Shown: positions 1 to 12,889, numbered from the whole stretch's first letter. The stretch: 63,960 bases of DNA, filler included, from Olpidium bornovanus S191 (GCA_017911155.1; 35 parts of 35 records of this genome joined end to end with filler, not necessarily neighbours in it), one strand, 5' to 3'. Translations and numbers: made by a program. The notes: generated from the sequence alone by a model not told the origin.

Positions 1-58
1 AACGAAAATCAGATAATCGTAACGTCCGGGTGCCAAGATCTGACCGTTTCAATATTTT

Positions 59-513
59 TTGTTGCTACTTTCGGCAAGCAAAACGTCAAAGTCTTCGGCG
101 TGTCCGAGTCAAAATTTCATGGGAAGCGATAAACCGCATCGTGCCGTGCGGGGCGCGGGGAATGTCCGACTACACGACATCTTCTCGGCCTCCGGATCAG
201 GTTCTCGAGACACCCTCCGCGTTCTTCGCCGACCCGACGAGGACCGGTCAGAAGGTCGAGGGATGTATTGCTGCGTTTCTCCGCGCAAGCAGCAAGACTT
301 CGACCGCATATTGCTTATCTTGTGCAAAAATATCCCGGACATGTACCTGTCAAATATATCGGTTGGTGCGTTAACTTAAAGCGCCCCGGTTTTATGTTTT
401 CTTCCAATTAAACAATCTGACAGACGACCGGATAACCTAACCCACGCGCAGTTTAGGTCCTTCTCGAACATTGTGTCAAAAAACTGGTCCAGGAGGTTTT
501 TGTCGCCGACTGA
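59..513 (+). CDS. Possible 3' part of an unknown spliced gene (...DFDRILLILCKNIPDMYLSNIS|VLLEHCVKKLVQEVFVAD*)
   Basis: Open frame 59-361, GT donor, CCTAAC branch-like site and TTTAG acceptor near 455 give an in-frame helical C-terminus; family not recognised. Confidence 0.3.
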
Positions 514-1203
514 GAAGGTCTTGCCCGCCTCGTGCTCGAGCTTTTCGAGTTTCTTTTCGCCACCTGTGGCGACCGGTTGTCGATCGTGACAACTGGATGC
601 GGCTGACGTGGGCACGACTGTCGGGCCGCACCAGCCCGCGAAGACCTCATAGTCATCGTTTACGTTTTCTCCTGCCACGAGTACGGCATAAGGAGCTATG
701 ACTGCAAACGTCTGCAGAGCCATGGAAAACCCGTCGCTGAAGGAGATCGAGGCTCGGCGAAGCACTACCACAAACAGCGGAAGGACGGCGTCGAAACTGG
801 GGCGACGGGGACAGCGACGGCGGCGGCGATGTAGGCGGTGACGGCGACAGCGGCGCAGCCGGTCCTTCAAGACCGCACAATCGTCACAAAGTAGCAAAAG
901 CGAGCGTTAGCAGGGGCGACAAGGCCGTTGTCGCCCAGAAAACCTTTCCAGCTTCAAAACGGCGATCTAAGAATTGGCAGGTGGAACCCGGAGGAAATGA
1001 GAAAGAAGCAGGCAAAGATGTGGCGGGNNNNNNNNNNNNNNNNNNNNNNNNNNNNNNNNNNNNNNNNNNNNTTAATTAATTAANNNNNNNNNNNNNNNNN
1101 NNNNNNNNNNNNNNNNNNNNNNNNNNNCATGGAGAGAAGGCCAAAAACTGCCGATCTGCACACTTTCAATCATCACCACACCATTTTGGAAAAATTGTCG
1201 CCA

Positions 1204-1285
1204 CCACACGCACACACACTTTCACACGCACACACACTTTCACACGCGCACACACACACGCACACACACACACACGCACACACAC
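1204..1285. repeat. (CA)n microsatellite, imperfect
   Basis: cacacacac... tract seen directly. Confidence 0.9.
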
Positions 1286-1691
1286 GCGGCGTTATTCGTC
1301 CCTCGGCCAGGCAAATTAACAAGAAGCCATATTTATGGGCCGCCGTCATTGTAACGAAGTCGATCACGGGTTTCGCCGCGATCTTTTGTCTGCAGGCTCA
1401 AAGGGTTTTTGCCCCTTATTCCTGTCCGCAAAAGAGAAGAGAGCTGCGGCGCTTATTCTTTCTCCTCTTTTTCTTTTGCCGTGCGTTAATTAATGAATTA
1501 CGGACGCTGGTCTTTGCCGTCGCCCGCCCCGGAACGTGGGCACAGAAACAAAACGTCATACCCTCGGAGAAAAAGAAAAAAAAAAAAAAAAAGAAAATAT
1601 ATAATCCTACCACTCCCCCCTTCCACACCGCCCACCGGCCAAGCCGCGGCCCGTCTCGCGCGCCGCCAGTCTCTCCTCCTCCGGCCCCAGG

Positions 1692-3123
1692 ATGTCGGCC
1701 CCGGGACCTCAGCAAGTGCAGCTCTCGGAGCTGGCCCTGCCGCAGCTGGGACAGATCAAGGCGCAGCTGGACGAGGTACACGCCGCGAAAGCAAAGAAAC
1801 AGGGAAAAGAAAAAGGGAAAAAAGAGTTGAGAAGGAGCGTTTCGCCGAACGCCGATCCGCTGCTTCCCTCGCCTCGCGTCTTCCCACCGGGCGGGCGCGG
1901 GCCTCCGGCACGGCTTTCCGCGTTCCCAGAAAGCGAGCAGCTGGAGGAGAGACAGAGGAGGAGGCCAAAGGGCAGGCGCGCAAGGAATTTGCCCATTTGG
2001 ATCCCGATTCGGAGGGGCAACGTTGCGCGCGTCGTCTGGAAATCAGGGCGTTCAGCGTGCCTCTCTCCCCTGTTGGCACGCGGGTTGTCGACCGTGCTGC
2101 GCGCGCGAGGACAAGGACGTTCCTTATGTTTCTGGCCTGACCTCGAAAACGTGGCTCTTCGGGAGACTTCCCCACTTGCCCCCCGCCACTCCGCGTTCGC
2201 GAAAGTTGCACTTTCCCTGGGAGCTCCTACGCGAACTACCCCTTCCGCGCCCCCCCCCTCTCCCCCCTAACACTCCCACTTCGGCTTGCCGACAACGCAG
2301 GAACTCTCGCACTTGACGTCGTCTTTTTCTGCTCTGAAAGGAGCGCAGAACAAGTTCGCGGAGTGCGCGGACAGCGCGCGCACGCTCTCCAACGGCTGTC
2401 AAGGTGCCGCTTTGCTGTCCCGGTTCGCAAAACGGCGCGGCTCTGTTCTCAGAATCGGTCGCGAGCAACCGGGACCTTCTGTGTGACGGCGACTCCCTGA
2501 AACGTACTCCCCATTTTTCTCGAATTTTAGATCGGGAGATCCTTGTCCCGTTGACTTCATCTCTGTACGTCCCGGGAAAGGTCGGCGACGTCGAGAAAGT
2601 CATCGTCGACATCGGGACCGGGTACTACGTGGAAAAGGTGTGTTCAAGTTGTTGAACCGAAGTTAGTGGCGGCCCGACCGTCGTACGAAACGTTTTGCTA
2701 AGACTGCATCTCCTTCATCCCCTTTTTTTCGCCATCCCCGCTCGTCAAAAAATTTCCATTTTTTGGTCTACTGGGGACACCCGGCAGCCAATCTCTGACG
2801 CAGTCAAATTCTATGGAGAGAAGGTGAGCTTTGTGAACGAGCGCCTAGAAGAGCTACAGAAGCAGATACAGTCCCGACAGAACAACTTGAGAGGTGCGAG
2901 GAATTTTTGCCGGTGTCCTGCAGATCTGCATCGCGGTCAACAAATCCTAAAAGTGGGGGTGGGGGGCGATTTTATGTTATGTTTCTCGATATCGGACATC
3001 GCCGGCCGGGGATCCGCCCCTTCGCTTCCTGTTCACCTCAAACCAGCGGTTCTAGAGACGATCGAAATGAAGATGGCGTATGAGCAACAACAGAGAGCTT
3101 CGAAAGTGCAGGCGTCAGCCTGA
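1692..3123 (+). CDS. GIM5: Prefoldin subunit 5 (alpha type), 5 exons: 1692-1775, 2301-2403, 2531-2637, 2788-2893, 3047-3123
   Basis: Spliced translation [47 protein letters not shown]...[34 protein letters not shown]...; all junctions GT-AG and phase-consistent. Confidence 0.95.
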
Positions 3124-3759
3124 AACCGCAAAGTCCGGAAATTCAGCACACCCATTCATTCATAGGAATATCCTTACTTCGCCGTGGGATTAATCAGCGT
3201 TTTGGGCGGCGCAACAGGCTTTGGGTATATAGCGGGGCCGGCGCCGCAGAAAAAAACCGCGTCGTTTTCTCTGAAAATACGAAGGGAGGCCGTGACTTGC
3301 CTGGACGCAAGAGAACCGGCGTTTCTAACGGTCATTAGACGAAAAAGCCTTCTCCCGCCCCATTCCCTTCTCGCCTTTTCGATTCCTCCCGACTTGCTGG
3401 CCTCTTAGCCAGCCGTTTTGCCGTTAAGACTCTGTATGGATGCATATAATATAAAGCTCCACTGCACGCCTGGCTCCCCACGGGAACCTTACAAAAACCC
3501 TTCCTCAAAAATTGAAACACAACGACGTCGATCGCATCCTTGGCAGCAGCAGGAATGAGAAAGGGAGAAATAAAGAAAGAGCATTTTATTGGCATATATA
3601 TGCAGCAGGTTTCGGCCTTCCATCAGTCGCGGTAGACAGTCGCCAGTTGCTGCTTCCAAAAATTCTGGTCGCGCCCTGTCAAGCAAAAGTCCGCGGGAAA
3701 CCTTGTTTAGTGCAAAAGTAAAAAGAATCCGGCCTGCGGGGAAGGGGCTGGAGTTGCGC

Positions 3760-4118
3760 ATTAAACGCCTTCGCTCACAGAACGTCTCCAGAGTCTTGCG
3801 TGCTGCGATAACAAAGAACATAGGCGGGCACCGGATCAGGGCGTCTTTTTTTTTTTTTTTTTTTTTTGCTGACGTGAAACGGTGGAAATTTATCTGCGCC
3901 GTTTCGAAATCGCGCACGCACCTTCCCATTTCTCTCGTCGCATCATTTGCAGATCTCGGCGGAGTCTTAGAAAAGCATCGGGGGTGAAGATGGGTGGTGG
4001 GTGGGGGGGTGGGGGAAAGGGGAGGAAAGGGGAGGAAAGGGGAAGAAAGGGGAGGAAAGGGGAGGAAGGGGAGTTAGCGAGAGGTCGTCAAGCGACTTCG
4101 TCCGAAAACCCGGAATCA

Positions 4119-4149
<31 letters not shown>

Positions 4150-4950
4150 CAGGAAAGAAATGTGATAAAAAGAGCTGGGCAGGAAACTTTATATTGTCGG
4201 CCCAACCCCGGCACGGATGTTTGCTCACTCGTTCTGGGTGGTGTCCAGCAGCTTTTTCGAGAGGAGGAGCTGGCGTTTTTTCTCCTGCCTCTCGTTTTCG
4301 CGCTTGACCCTGATCACGCGGATCTGCTCGTCCAGGAGCTGCTTCGCCATCTCGGCTGCCGGCGCCTTCCTGTCACCGTCGTCCGCGACGAACGCGTTGT
4401 CGAAAGGCATGTCGTTGACGCGGCGGCTGCGGTCCTCGCGCTTTTTCTGGGCCTGGACCTGCCACCACAGCGCCGTGCTCTGGAGCTGTTTCCGCCGAAG
4501 ATCGTCGAGGTGCTCTTTAAATTGCGCGTCTTTGAGCCTGCGACACACGACGTTGCACAAGTCGAACACGGGTTTTGAGTCGACACGGGAGCTCTCCCGC
4601 CACACGCGCTTTTGGTCAACCGGGCCACGCGTACACTTTTGCGGCAAGCTGGTTCGACAGCTTGGCCTCCAGCTCCGCGGTCCTCTGATCCGTGTCCGCC
4701 TTTCGCCTGCGATAATCGATCTGTTGAGGGACGGGGCCGTCAGCAATTTGCGCTTTTTGGCTCCTTCGCAAGGTTAAACTTCGACATCTTGCGCGCTTAC
4801 CTGCTTCTTAAGATCAGCGGCTAACTGCTGGTCCCACTCGCGCGGCCGCGGCTGCGGCTTTGGGTACTTGATCCTCTCTTCCAGCGCCGCCTTTGCGGCC
4901 GCTTTCTTTTCGTCTTCCTGGACGGCCGGCAACTCGCCGGGGACCATGCG
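3760..4950 (-). CDS. Multi-exon coiled-coil protein, partial; weakly CCDC81-like (centrosome/cilium) C-terminal region
   Basis: Exons ...EWDQQLAADLKKQ|IDYRRRKAD...|LKDAQFKEHLDDLRRKQ...AKQLLDEQIRVIRVKRENERQEKKRQLLL...; coiled-coil periodicity; family call is tentative recall. Confidence 0.4.
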
Positions 4951-6091
4951 GAGCAAACCCCCGCTCGTCGGGGATTAATTCTCTGGCTGCTCGGGGCTTT
5001 CCCCTTTCCCCCCTGCCCCCCCCCCCCCCCCCCCCCCCCACCCCCCCCCCCACAACCCCACACACCNNNNNNNNNNNNNNNNNNNNNNNNNNNNNNNNNN
5101 NNNNNNNNNNTTAATTAATTAANNNNNNNNNNNNNNNNNNNNNNNNNNNNNNNNNNNNNNNNNNNNCATGTATTTTCCCCGCCGGAACTGCGGTTTAAGT
5201 CTCCTCTCTCGCCGCCGCTGTGCAAAGAAGTCGCCTCGCGTGAGCGTTTGCCCCGTTCTGGTGTGAGCCGAAGTTTTGTGTGCAGGGGGCCGGCGGCAAT
5301 TCCCAGGCGCACCCCGCTGCTTCCACGCCACCACGCGACGCACGCGACGGCATATGTAAGATGGCGGCCGCAGCCAAAGCCTATGGCAAGCGGTGGCGCT
5401 ATCTCAAAAAGCTTATATCACCGAGGTGTACCAAATATCTAACATCTAATGTATATGACGTTATTGATTGGCCAATTAGTATATTTATATTACTTGCATA
5501 GTTTTGTAGCGATTAGGACAGTCGCGTCCGACTACCAGAAAGGCCAGCTGGTCAACCCCAGCACAGGAAAGGGCGTTGGTATACCCCGCCGCAGCGCCAG
5601 AGCTAGATCCCTATCGCTGCAAAGAATCCCACTTTGATCTGGGCCAGCCCTGCTCCCACCCGCTCTGGGCTATTGCGTCTGGCCAAAAGTTCAACCAATT
5701 TATTCGCAATCGCGGTGAGGGGCCGCGGGCCGCCCTGCATGCAAGGGTTGCGGTCGGGTCCTCCGGGAAAGGGCGCCGGCACTCTCTCCGGGGTAAGCGT
5801 CCCGGTCAGCCCCGCCTCCCCCACCACGGCTCCCGGCAACCCCGAGCATGCGGGCACGTGTCGCCAGGGAGCAATACGGGGGTGAGCTTCGAACGCAGCT
5901 GTGCAGCGGACCGGAAACCCGGAAGGCTCAGTCTGCCTCCCCTTTTTATTTCAACGATGTGAGGGAAACGTAGGAAACGGCACACCTGAGCACCAGGACA
6001 AAACAGAGGAGAGCTATGACGGACAGGCCGGTGCCGGCTTGTTACACTGTGACGTTCAACGCAGGCATACCACGGACGGGTGCTCTACTAA

Positions 6092-6650
6092 TCATTGTAG
6101 TTTCACTCCCGGACCGGCGACGGGTTCCGTGACGGGGTCACTTTCCGATCCACTCCACATATTCCCTCCTGCGCCGCGCGTGGTCACCGGGCCGAGCGTC
6201 GTGTTGCTGCTAGACAAGAGGGAGGCATGCGTTAGGCGAGCGGCCCGCTGGGCCATTCTACCGACGCGCTTGCACCAACCACCCGCCCCCCCCGCCGTCC
6301 CCTTGCTCCCCCATCCCGTTCCCCGGTCCCGGCTGTCACTGCCGGCGGGCGCAGCGGCGCGTACCCTCCGCGAGCCTTGGCCGCGCAGGCGTTCTTGAAA
6401 TTCTCCCACTCGTTGAGACACTTTGACCGGTCACCACCGTTTCTGTCGAGGCACAGCTGAAGGCCCCGCGGTAGCGGCGGTTGGGGCGTCAGAACCAGCA
6501 GCCGGATGGACAGCAGCCTGGTGGAGGAGGAGGCGAGCTCCCGCTGACCTTGAGTTCGGTGGAGTCGCACACGGCGACGGCCGCGGCGGGCGCGCCGCTC
6601 CCGGAACTCAGCCCCGCGGGCGTCCGGTCTGGAAGAGGAGCCGCGGCCAT
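6092..6650 (-). CDS. Small twin-Cys (CHCH-like) protein of about 105 aa, 3 exons (6650-6549, 6456-6365, then to stop at 6092)
   Basis: Spliced: MAAAPLPDRT...VCDSTELK|LCLDRNGGDRSKCLNEWENFKNACAAKARG...; four Cys in a helix-loop-helix pattern; GT-AG junctions. Confidence 0.55.
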
Positions 6651-8264
6651 CGGAATTTCAATATGTGGTGGTGATCCAATATTGTATACGCATCTACTTG
6701 ATTTCTTTCAGGAAGGGGGTTGCCGAGCGAGAGCGCGCGGACTTCCGGCTGTTTGGGTTCGGAGCGTCGGACGAGTTGTGCAACTGTGCAACTGCGATGT
6801 TGTAAACGTTGTATCATGCGCAGCGTTCCCGTAACCCGGACTGTTGGTGGTGGTTTTGCTGACCGATTACTCCGGTACTCGTCGCCTCGGGTCGTGCGCA
6901 GTTGTGTTCATAGGATTCATTCTGTACGACACGCANNNNNNNNNNNNNNNNNNNNNNNNNNNNNNNNNNNNNNNNNNNNTTAATTAATTAANNNNNNNNN
7001 NNNNNNNNNNNNNNNNNNNNNNNNNNNNNNNNNNNCCCCCCCCCTTTTTTAGCATCCCGCATATACCGCAGCGACCAAACCTTCCATCCCCGTCTCTCTT
7101 CGTTTTCCGGCATCCCCCCGTTGGGATAATCACTCTTGAAAAAGAGGGATTAACGCCGGAAAGATTGCGGGGGCAGCGGGTTGAAGGGCGTTCACAGGGC
7201 GTAGCACACGCGTCCGTCTCGACCACGGTTCGTCGCGGCGGTTTCACCTCGTCTTTTGGCACGAAACGCTGCAGGCACAATCCCCGATACTCTTTGGCCG
7301 TCTCCCCTCCCTTCCAACCACCTCGCCGCCAATCACCCCACCCCGGTCGGGAGTGCCGTGTGTGCCTCCTTTGCCAAAGTAATTTCCGTGGCCGTTACCA
7401 GCCGCCGCCTTCCCCCCCCCCTTTTGATCTGCACGCGACAACGCCGTTTTTCGTTATTTCCCAACTCGGGCAGGCGGCGTTCCCGTCCGATGGTTCGGGG
7501 GGAGCTTCACGGATTCGATTCTCACGGAGAGAATCGAATCCGAAACGAAGCGCTCAGTCGAGCGGTCTGGTTTCAGAAAGCCCCGACCTGCACAGACCGC
7601 CGCGGTCGTGGACGGGACAGGTCGGAATGCTGCGCCCGGACGACGGCTCACAGGGCAAAGGGTCACAGCAGTGCTCAGCGCGACGGGAAATTGAGAGGGC
7701 GGAGGGCGACCCGAAGACCTCGCGGGTTGCCCCGCCGAATAAAAGCGAGAAGGGCGGTGGTGGTGGGGACGGGGGGTGTGGGGGAGTGGTCCTTGTGCCG
7801 TGGCGGCGACGGGCCGGCTAGAACGCGTTTCCCTCGCGCAAATTCAAAATATCCGGATCCTCGCTGGGGGGTCTTTAAGAGAGGGGGTTTTTTTTTTTTT
7901 TTTTCGAGCCACGAAACCCCGTCCCGGCCAAACAATGGCGCGCACGCGCGCGCACACGCACACGAAACACGCACCACACGGCACCACCGCTCTTGCAAGC
8001 AAACCCGAAAAACATCAACCCCCCTCCCTTTCCGTTTCCCCCACTTCTCCCGCCGACCGAAAAAGATAGAAAACAAAAAAAAAAAATAAAATAATAACGG
8101 TGGAGCTTCTCGGGGCGGAACGCCGACAGATCAGAGGCTTTTTTTCGGGGGGAAACGCCCCCTTTGCCGCCGGCGGGCCTTTAGCACTCTAAAAAGCCGC
8201 CCGCGGCGACCTTCGGGGGACAGGCGGGCGCGCCGCCGCCTTGGTGATTTCAACATCATCCGCG

Positions 8265-8622
8265 ATGAACGACGAGATGCCGCCCGATCGCCGAGCGGCG
8301 GAGAGTTTCCGAGGGCCGGACGACGAGGCGGAAGCCGACCCCGTCTCGGCCGGCCAAAAACCCTCGAACCTGAAGGCCGCCTGGATGGAGGTCAGCGAAA
8401 TTTCATCGTTCAAATCGCCTTAACCCGTTGTCCGGAGGATTTCGCGGAAACCCCTGCCGAGGGAAGAAAAGAAAGAGGAGGGGGGAAGGGGGGGGGGGGG
8501 GGGGGGGCCTCATTTCACAAGATTAACGCAACCCTGCCCGCTAAATCCGACCAGATGATGTTTGTGCTCACAATCGACCACAGCCTTCCGGTTGCGCTGG
8601 AAGCAATCCTGATAGTTGTAGA
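8265..8622 (+). CDS. 5' part of an unknown spliced gene (MNDEMPP...LKAAWME|MMFVLTIDHSLPVALEAILIV...)
   Basis: ATG at 8265, GTCAGC donor, CAG acceptor near 8557; runs off the contig end. Confidence 0.35.
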
Positions 8623-9189
8623 NNNNNNNNNNNNNNNNNNNNNNNNNNNNNNNNNNNNNNNNNNNNTTAATTAATTAANNNNNNNNNNNNNNNNNNNNNN
8701 NNNNNNNNNNNNNNNNNNNNNNCCCGCCCCGCTCCCCCGCCGCCACACCCCCACCAGCCGGAGACCCCATGGCGTCGACGCTCAACGGCAGCGGGCGAGG
8801 AGGGAGCGGCCGGGACCGCGGCGGCAACGGGAGGAGAGGCCGCGCTGGAAGCAGCAGCGACAGCGGCGGCGGCACCGGCGGAAGCGGCGGCGGCGGCAAC
8901 AGCAGCAGCAGCCAATTCGGTGCGCGGGAGATCCCAATTCCGCCAACGCCTCTCCCCCTCCCCGCTTCCCCTGGGAGGCGGGTACCACGCTGCTCCTGCT
9001 CTGCTTCCGCGCTCGGGCGGGTGACCCCTGACGAGTTTTTTGTTTTCTTCTGCCTGCGCAGAGTACGCGTCACGGGATAATACGAGGGGCCGGCGCCAGT
9101 TCGAAGGTCATGACGCAGCACGGCCGTCGCGGGGAATGAGCCGGAAAAGGTGAGGCCCTCCCTCCCCTCTCTCCGGACACCTGACGGGT

Positions 9190-9988
9190 ATGTCCGCGGG
9201 CGCTACGTCCACAGTAGAACCACTTTCTCCGCCCCCCGTCCCTATCGCCCACGCGGTCTCTCGACAGACCACGTCTGACGCCCGGTTCTTTCAAGCCAGG
9301 CCCCGCCGCCGCGCCGTCGGCGGCGCCGGGCGTGCGACTTTGCCCGGTGGCGCGAGCGAAACGTCCGCCGCCGCTCCCGCCGCGCCGGCAGACCTGCCGG
9401 GCTTCACCTACGACCCGATTAGGAAGCGGTACTTCAGACTCGCGCGTTCCGGACCCACGCCGGCGGAACGCCCGTACACGGCCGAGAGCGTCCGCGTAAA
9501 GGAGGCGCGGGAGAGACACGCCGGAGCGGTACGGTTGCAAAAAGAAAAAGAAGGGGAAAAAAAGGGAAACGCCCCACCGCAGGGATAAACGGGCGGCGTT
9601 CGTATGGGCGGCACATCGGGCGTTTTCTAATGGGACGCTTGTTTTTCTGTTTAACCCGCGAGGCAGCACGCGGAGAACATTAGAAGAGCACATCGTCTGT
9701 CGCCCCCGCCGTTATTTTGGAGGCGAGAACTGGGAGGAATATCCCCACGCGGGTCTGTCTGGTATGGTGGGGGGCCCCGGCTCTGGGCGGGGGCCCGAGG
9801 GACACGGACGCTTTTCCCAGCGTAGGTTTGCTTGAGGACCCGTCGGTGCGTCGGTTCACCGTGCGCCGTTTTCACAGCAACATCCGGCGGCGGTATGCGT
9901 ACCTCCTGCGACGCGTCGGCGTTGTCGTCCCGGAACTATTTGACACGGTCGTGGAAGATATGCACGTATGTCCAACTGTCATTCCCCC
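9190..9988 (+). CDS. DCAF4/WDR21-like WD40 substrate receptor, N-terminal part
   Basis: Motif DLPGFTYDPIRKRYFRL matches the recalled LPG(F/Y)YYDxEKxRYFR N-terminal motif of the DCAF4 family; WD40 part not in contig. Confidence 0.55.
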
Positions 9989-10172
9989 NNNNNNNNNNNN
10001 NNNNNNNNNNNNNNNNNNNNNNNNNNNNNNNNTTAATTAATTAANNNNNNNNNNNNNNNNNNNNNNNNNNNNNNNNNNNNNNNNNNNNAAAAAAACCAAA
10101 ACGGCGCGAGAGCGAAATTCAAACAGATCCGAATCGCGAGGTAAAAAAAAAAGAAAAACCGCTGCGACTCAC

Positions 10173-10818
10173 CCATGGCGAGGCCGGCGAGGAGCGTCAT
10201 TCTCGTTAGTTTCCTGTCGGACTCCGCGTTGGTCTTGCATTTCTCGGGCAGCAAGGAGCTGTTACACGCGGCGCCGGTCTCGCCCTCGACGATAATGCGG
10301 ACCTGGCCGTCCTTGGCGGCGGCGGGGGCGGCTCCGGGACCCGCGGGGCCTCCTGTTGCTGCTGCTGCTGCTCCTCCTCCTCCTCCCGCGGCGGCGGCGG
10401 CGGCGCCCGCGGTCTGGTACTCGGCGAACGCGGCGAGGTCGACCGGGGCGTCGTCGTCGTCGTCGTCGGGGTGTATGCGGTGGACGAAGGCGTCGAGGGC
10501 GGCGGCGGACAGCACGCCGAGGAACACGGAGAGGGTGCTGGCGAGGGTGGGGTTCATGAGGTCCCAGCCGTCGAGCTCGCTGGCCTCTTGGAACTTCCTG
10601 CAGCCCTCCTTGTAGATCTCGACCAAGCTCACGTAGACCATGACGCCGGCGGAGAAGGCGAGCGACCTTCCGAGCCACCGCGTGTCCCTGATGTTGACGA
10701 CGAAGGGCAGCATGGAGCCGAGCACGGTGGCGGAGCTGGAAGCGAGCGAGGCGGCGAACGCGAAGCCGACATTGTCCTCCTGCGAGGAGGGCGCGGCGGC
10801 GCCGACGGGGTCGTCCAT
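10173..10818 (-). CDS. ZIP-family (ZupT/GufA-like) metal transporter, N-terminal exon
   Basis: AFAASLASSSATVLG...LAFSAGVMVYVSLVEIY...KLTRMTLLAGLAM, then GTGAG donor just before the HNxPEG helix. Confidence 0.85.
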
Positions 10819-10905
10819 GGGAGACAAAACACGTCGCGGTTCGAGAGGTCGGGGAGGGGGGTTTGGGGAGGGAGGGGGGGGGAGGACAACGGGAGAAAGA
10901 GAACA

Positions 10906-10909
<4 letters not shown>

Positions 10910-10948
<39 letters not shown>

Positions 10949-11000
10949 CTGAGAGAGAGAGATGAGAAAGAGAGATAGAGAGAGGGGAAGGAGACGGAGA

Positions 11001-11044
<44 letters not shown>
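10910..11044. repeat. (GA)n microsatellite
   Basis: Long gagaga tract upstream of the ZIP gene. Confidence 0.9.
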
Positions 11045-11048
<4 letters not shown>

Positions 11049-11366
11049 AGAAAGAGGAGGAAGGAGGAAGGAGGAGGGAAGGAAGAAGGAGGAAGGAGGC
11101 GCGGAAGGGAGGTTCTTCGTCTTCTTCTGCGTCCTCCCGGACCGCGGGCATTCCCCCCTTCCCCCCGCCCCTTCCTCTCCCTTCCCCTCACCCCCTTTTC
11201 TTTTCCCCCCTCGCCCCCTTTTTTCCCCCTCCCCCCCCCTCCCCCCCCTTCACCTCACGCCCCAAAACCGCAACCACGGCAGCAGCAGCAGCAGCGGCAG
11301 CGGCAGCGTCAGCAGCAACGGCACCGGCGGCACCAACGATCAACACGCGGCAGCAGCGGGGGCCTT

Positions 11367-11404
<38 letters not shown>

Positions 11405-11975
11405 CCCCGCCCGCCCTTCAGCCTTCGTTTTCCTCCGGGGGCAGGAGGGGGGGGGGCCGGTGTGAAGAACGCCGGCTTTTCTTTCGGGGTACGGAGGAGA
11501 GCTCTGCCGGAGCTGTATTTTCCGCCGCCTTTTGTTTACTCTATATGTACGGGAAGGGGGAGCTACGGTCCAGGGGCGGAGAGTGCGCAGTGCCCCTTTA
11601 CTATTCTTTCCAACACCCCGCCTCACTGGGCACACTATCGCCCATGGTCATCTATAGATTCTATAAAATGCCCCAAAGTACCTTTGGTGCCGTAATCTTG
11701 AGGCGGTTTCTCGTTTGCGCTTCCAGAGGTGATCTTCACGCGGTATTTGCCCGCATGCTGATTTGATTGCGGAATTTTGCGAACTTCCAGCAGTCTAATG
11801 GTTTCGTGAAGACATCGGCCGGGTTTTCGGCCGTTCCAACGCGGCAGATCCTGATGCTCCCTTCCGCCGTGCACNNNNNNNNNNNNNNNNNNNNNNNNNN
11901 NNNNNNNNNNNNNNNNNNTTAATTAATTAANNNNNNNNNNNNNNNNNNNNNNNNNNNNNNNNNNNNNNNNNNNNC

Positions 11976-12889
11976 ATGTCGCACTCATTAGCGGATTCAA
12001 ACGGCGACGGTTCACGACATATGCCGCTCGAGCTGGTCTCTCCGGTCACTCCAAATTACTACTATGGCAAACGTCGAGCAAGCTGGGGTGCTGGAATAAC
12101 TACCTTCCTGGACACGCAGGCAGCCGCTTCGATTAAAGGGCCTCCGTCGCAGTCGTCCGGTTCGCGTGCTCTGCACCGGGAAAACGCCCAGCTTCCGCCG
12201 GTCTACGATGTTTCCTCTGGTTCGCCTAATTCCACGACCGTGGAAGCTGAAGGAACAACATACCTTGTCGATCCGAACCCGGGCGGCATCCTCTCTGCTC
12301 CGGTTCACGAGCATGTTACGCACGCGGTACTCCCCGTGGGCCAGGATGCTTTGATTGCCCACGGCGGCGACGGTGACTGCAAGTTGATTGCCTTCCCTTC
12401 TGCGACACGGAACGCCGACATGAATGTGACTGAAGAGGAACGCTGCAAAGTATCCGTAATTGCACGCATCTCCAATGTAGAGGTGATGATGAGCATGACA
12501 TGTTTCACGCCGGAAGCGCAGGTCGACGATGGGCTATTGAGCGGAGCGCGCCGTCCCGCGATGCAAGAGATAAAGTTCCCTTTCAACCTCCATTCGGACA
12601 CTACCGCGGAGGTCGTGCGGGAGATGGTCCAAGAGCGTGTGCTAGACGGCCGGGACGCCGCACTTGCCGAGAAGTTCATTACCGCGGCAGTGGCTCCCCT
12701 GGTCGCGGACCGGCGGTGTTCGCCGGAAAGTGAAGGTGAGGCAATGTTCCAGTGAAACTTTACCCCCCGCGCGGTTGCCCCGGTTAAATTATTAGACCTC
12801 CAGCGTTCCACCCTGCTTCAGCTGCTGAGCTCGGCGCATCAGAAAGCGTGCAAGCTGTTGGGCGATTGGGGATTCAAAAGGCCGTGTAG
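11976..12889 (+). CDS. WNK-family kinase, C-terminal part with PF2/CCT-like domain (kinase domain not in contig)
   Basis: QEIKFPFNLHSDTTAEVVREMVQERVL resembles the WNK EIxFxFxLxxDTxxxVAxEMV domain; one GT-AG intron to a short last exon. Confidence 0.6.

Noticed and set aside
7575-7630. RNase MRP or SRP RNA call from GAAAGCCCCG / CAGGTCGGAA
   Set aside because: Partner motifs (MRP CR-V, SRP helix-8 AGCAG spacing) are missing; kept only as a generic structured-RNA candidate.
7857-7875. HDV-like ribozyme (TCCTCGCTGG resembles the HDV L3 loop)
   Set aside because: Flanks cannot form P3, and no P1/P2 partners are found.
10819-11465. Long ORFs with SLSL/RERE repeats, including the N-terminal extension of ORF 10033-11151
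   Set aside because: Translations of (GA/CT)n microsatellites; the ZIP protein plausibly starts at 10818.
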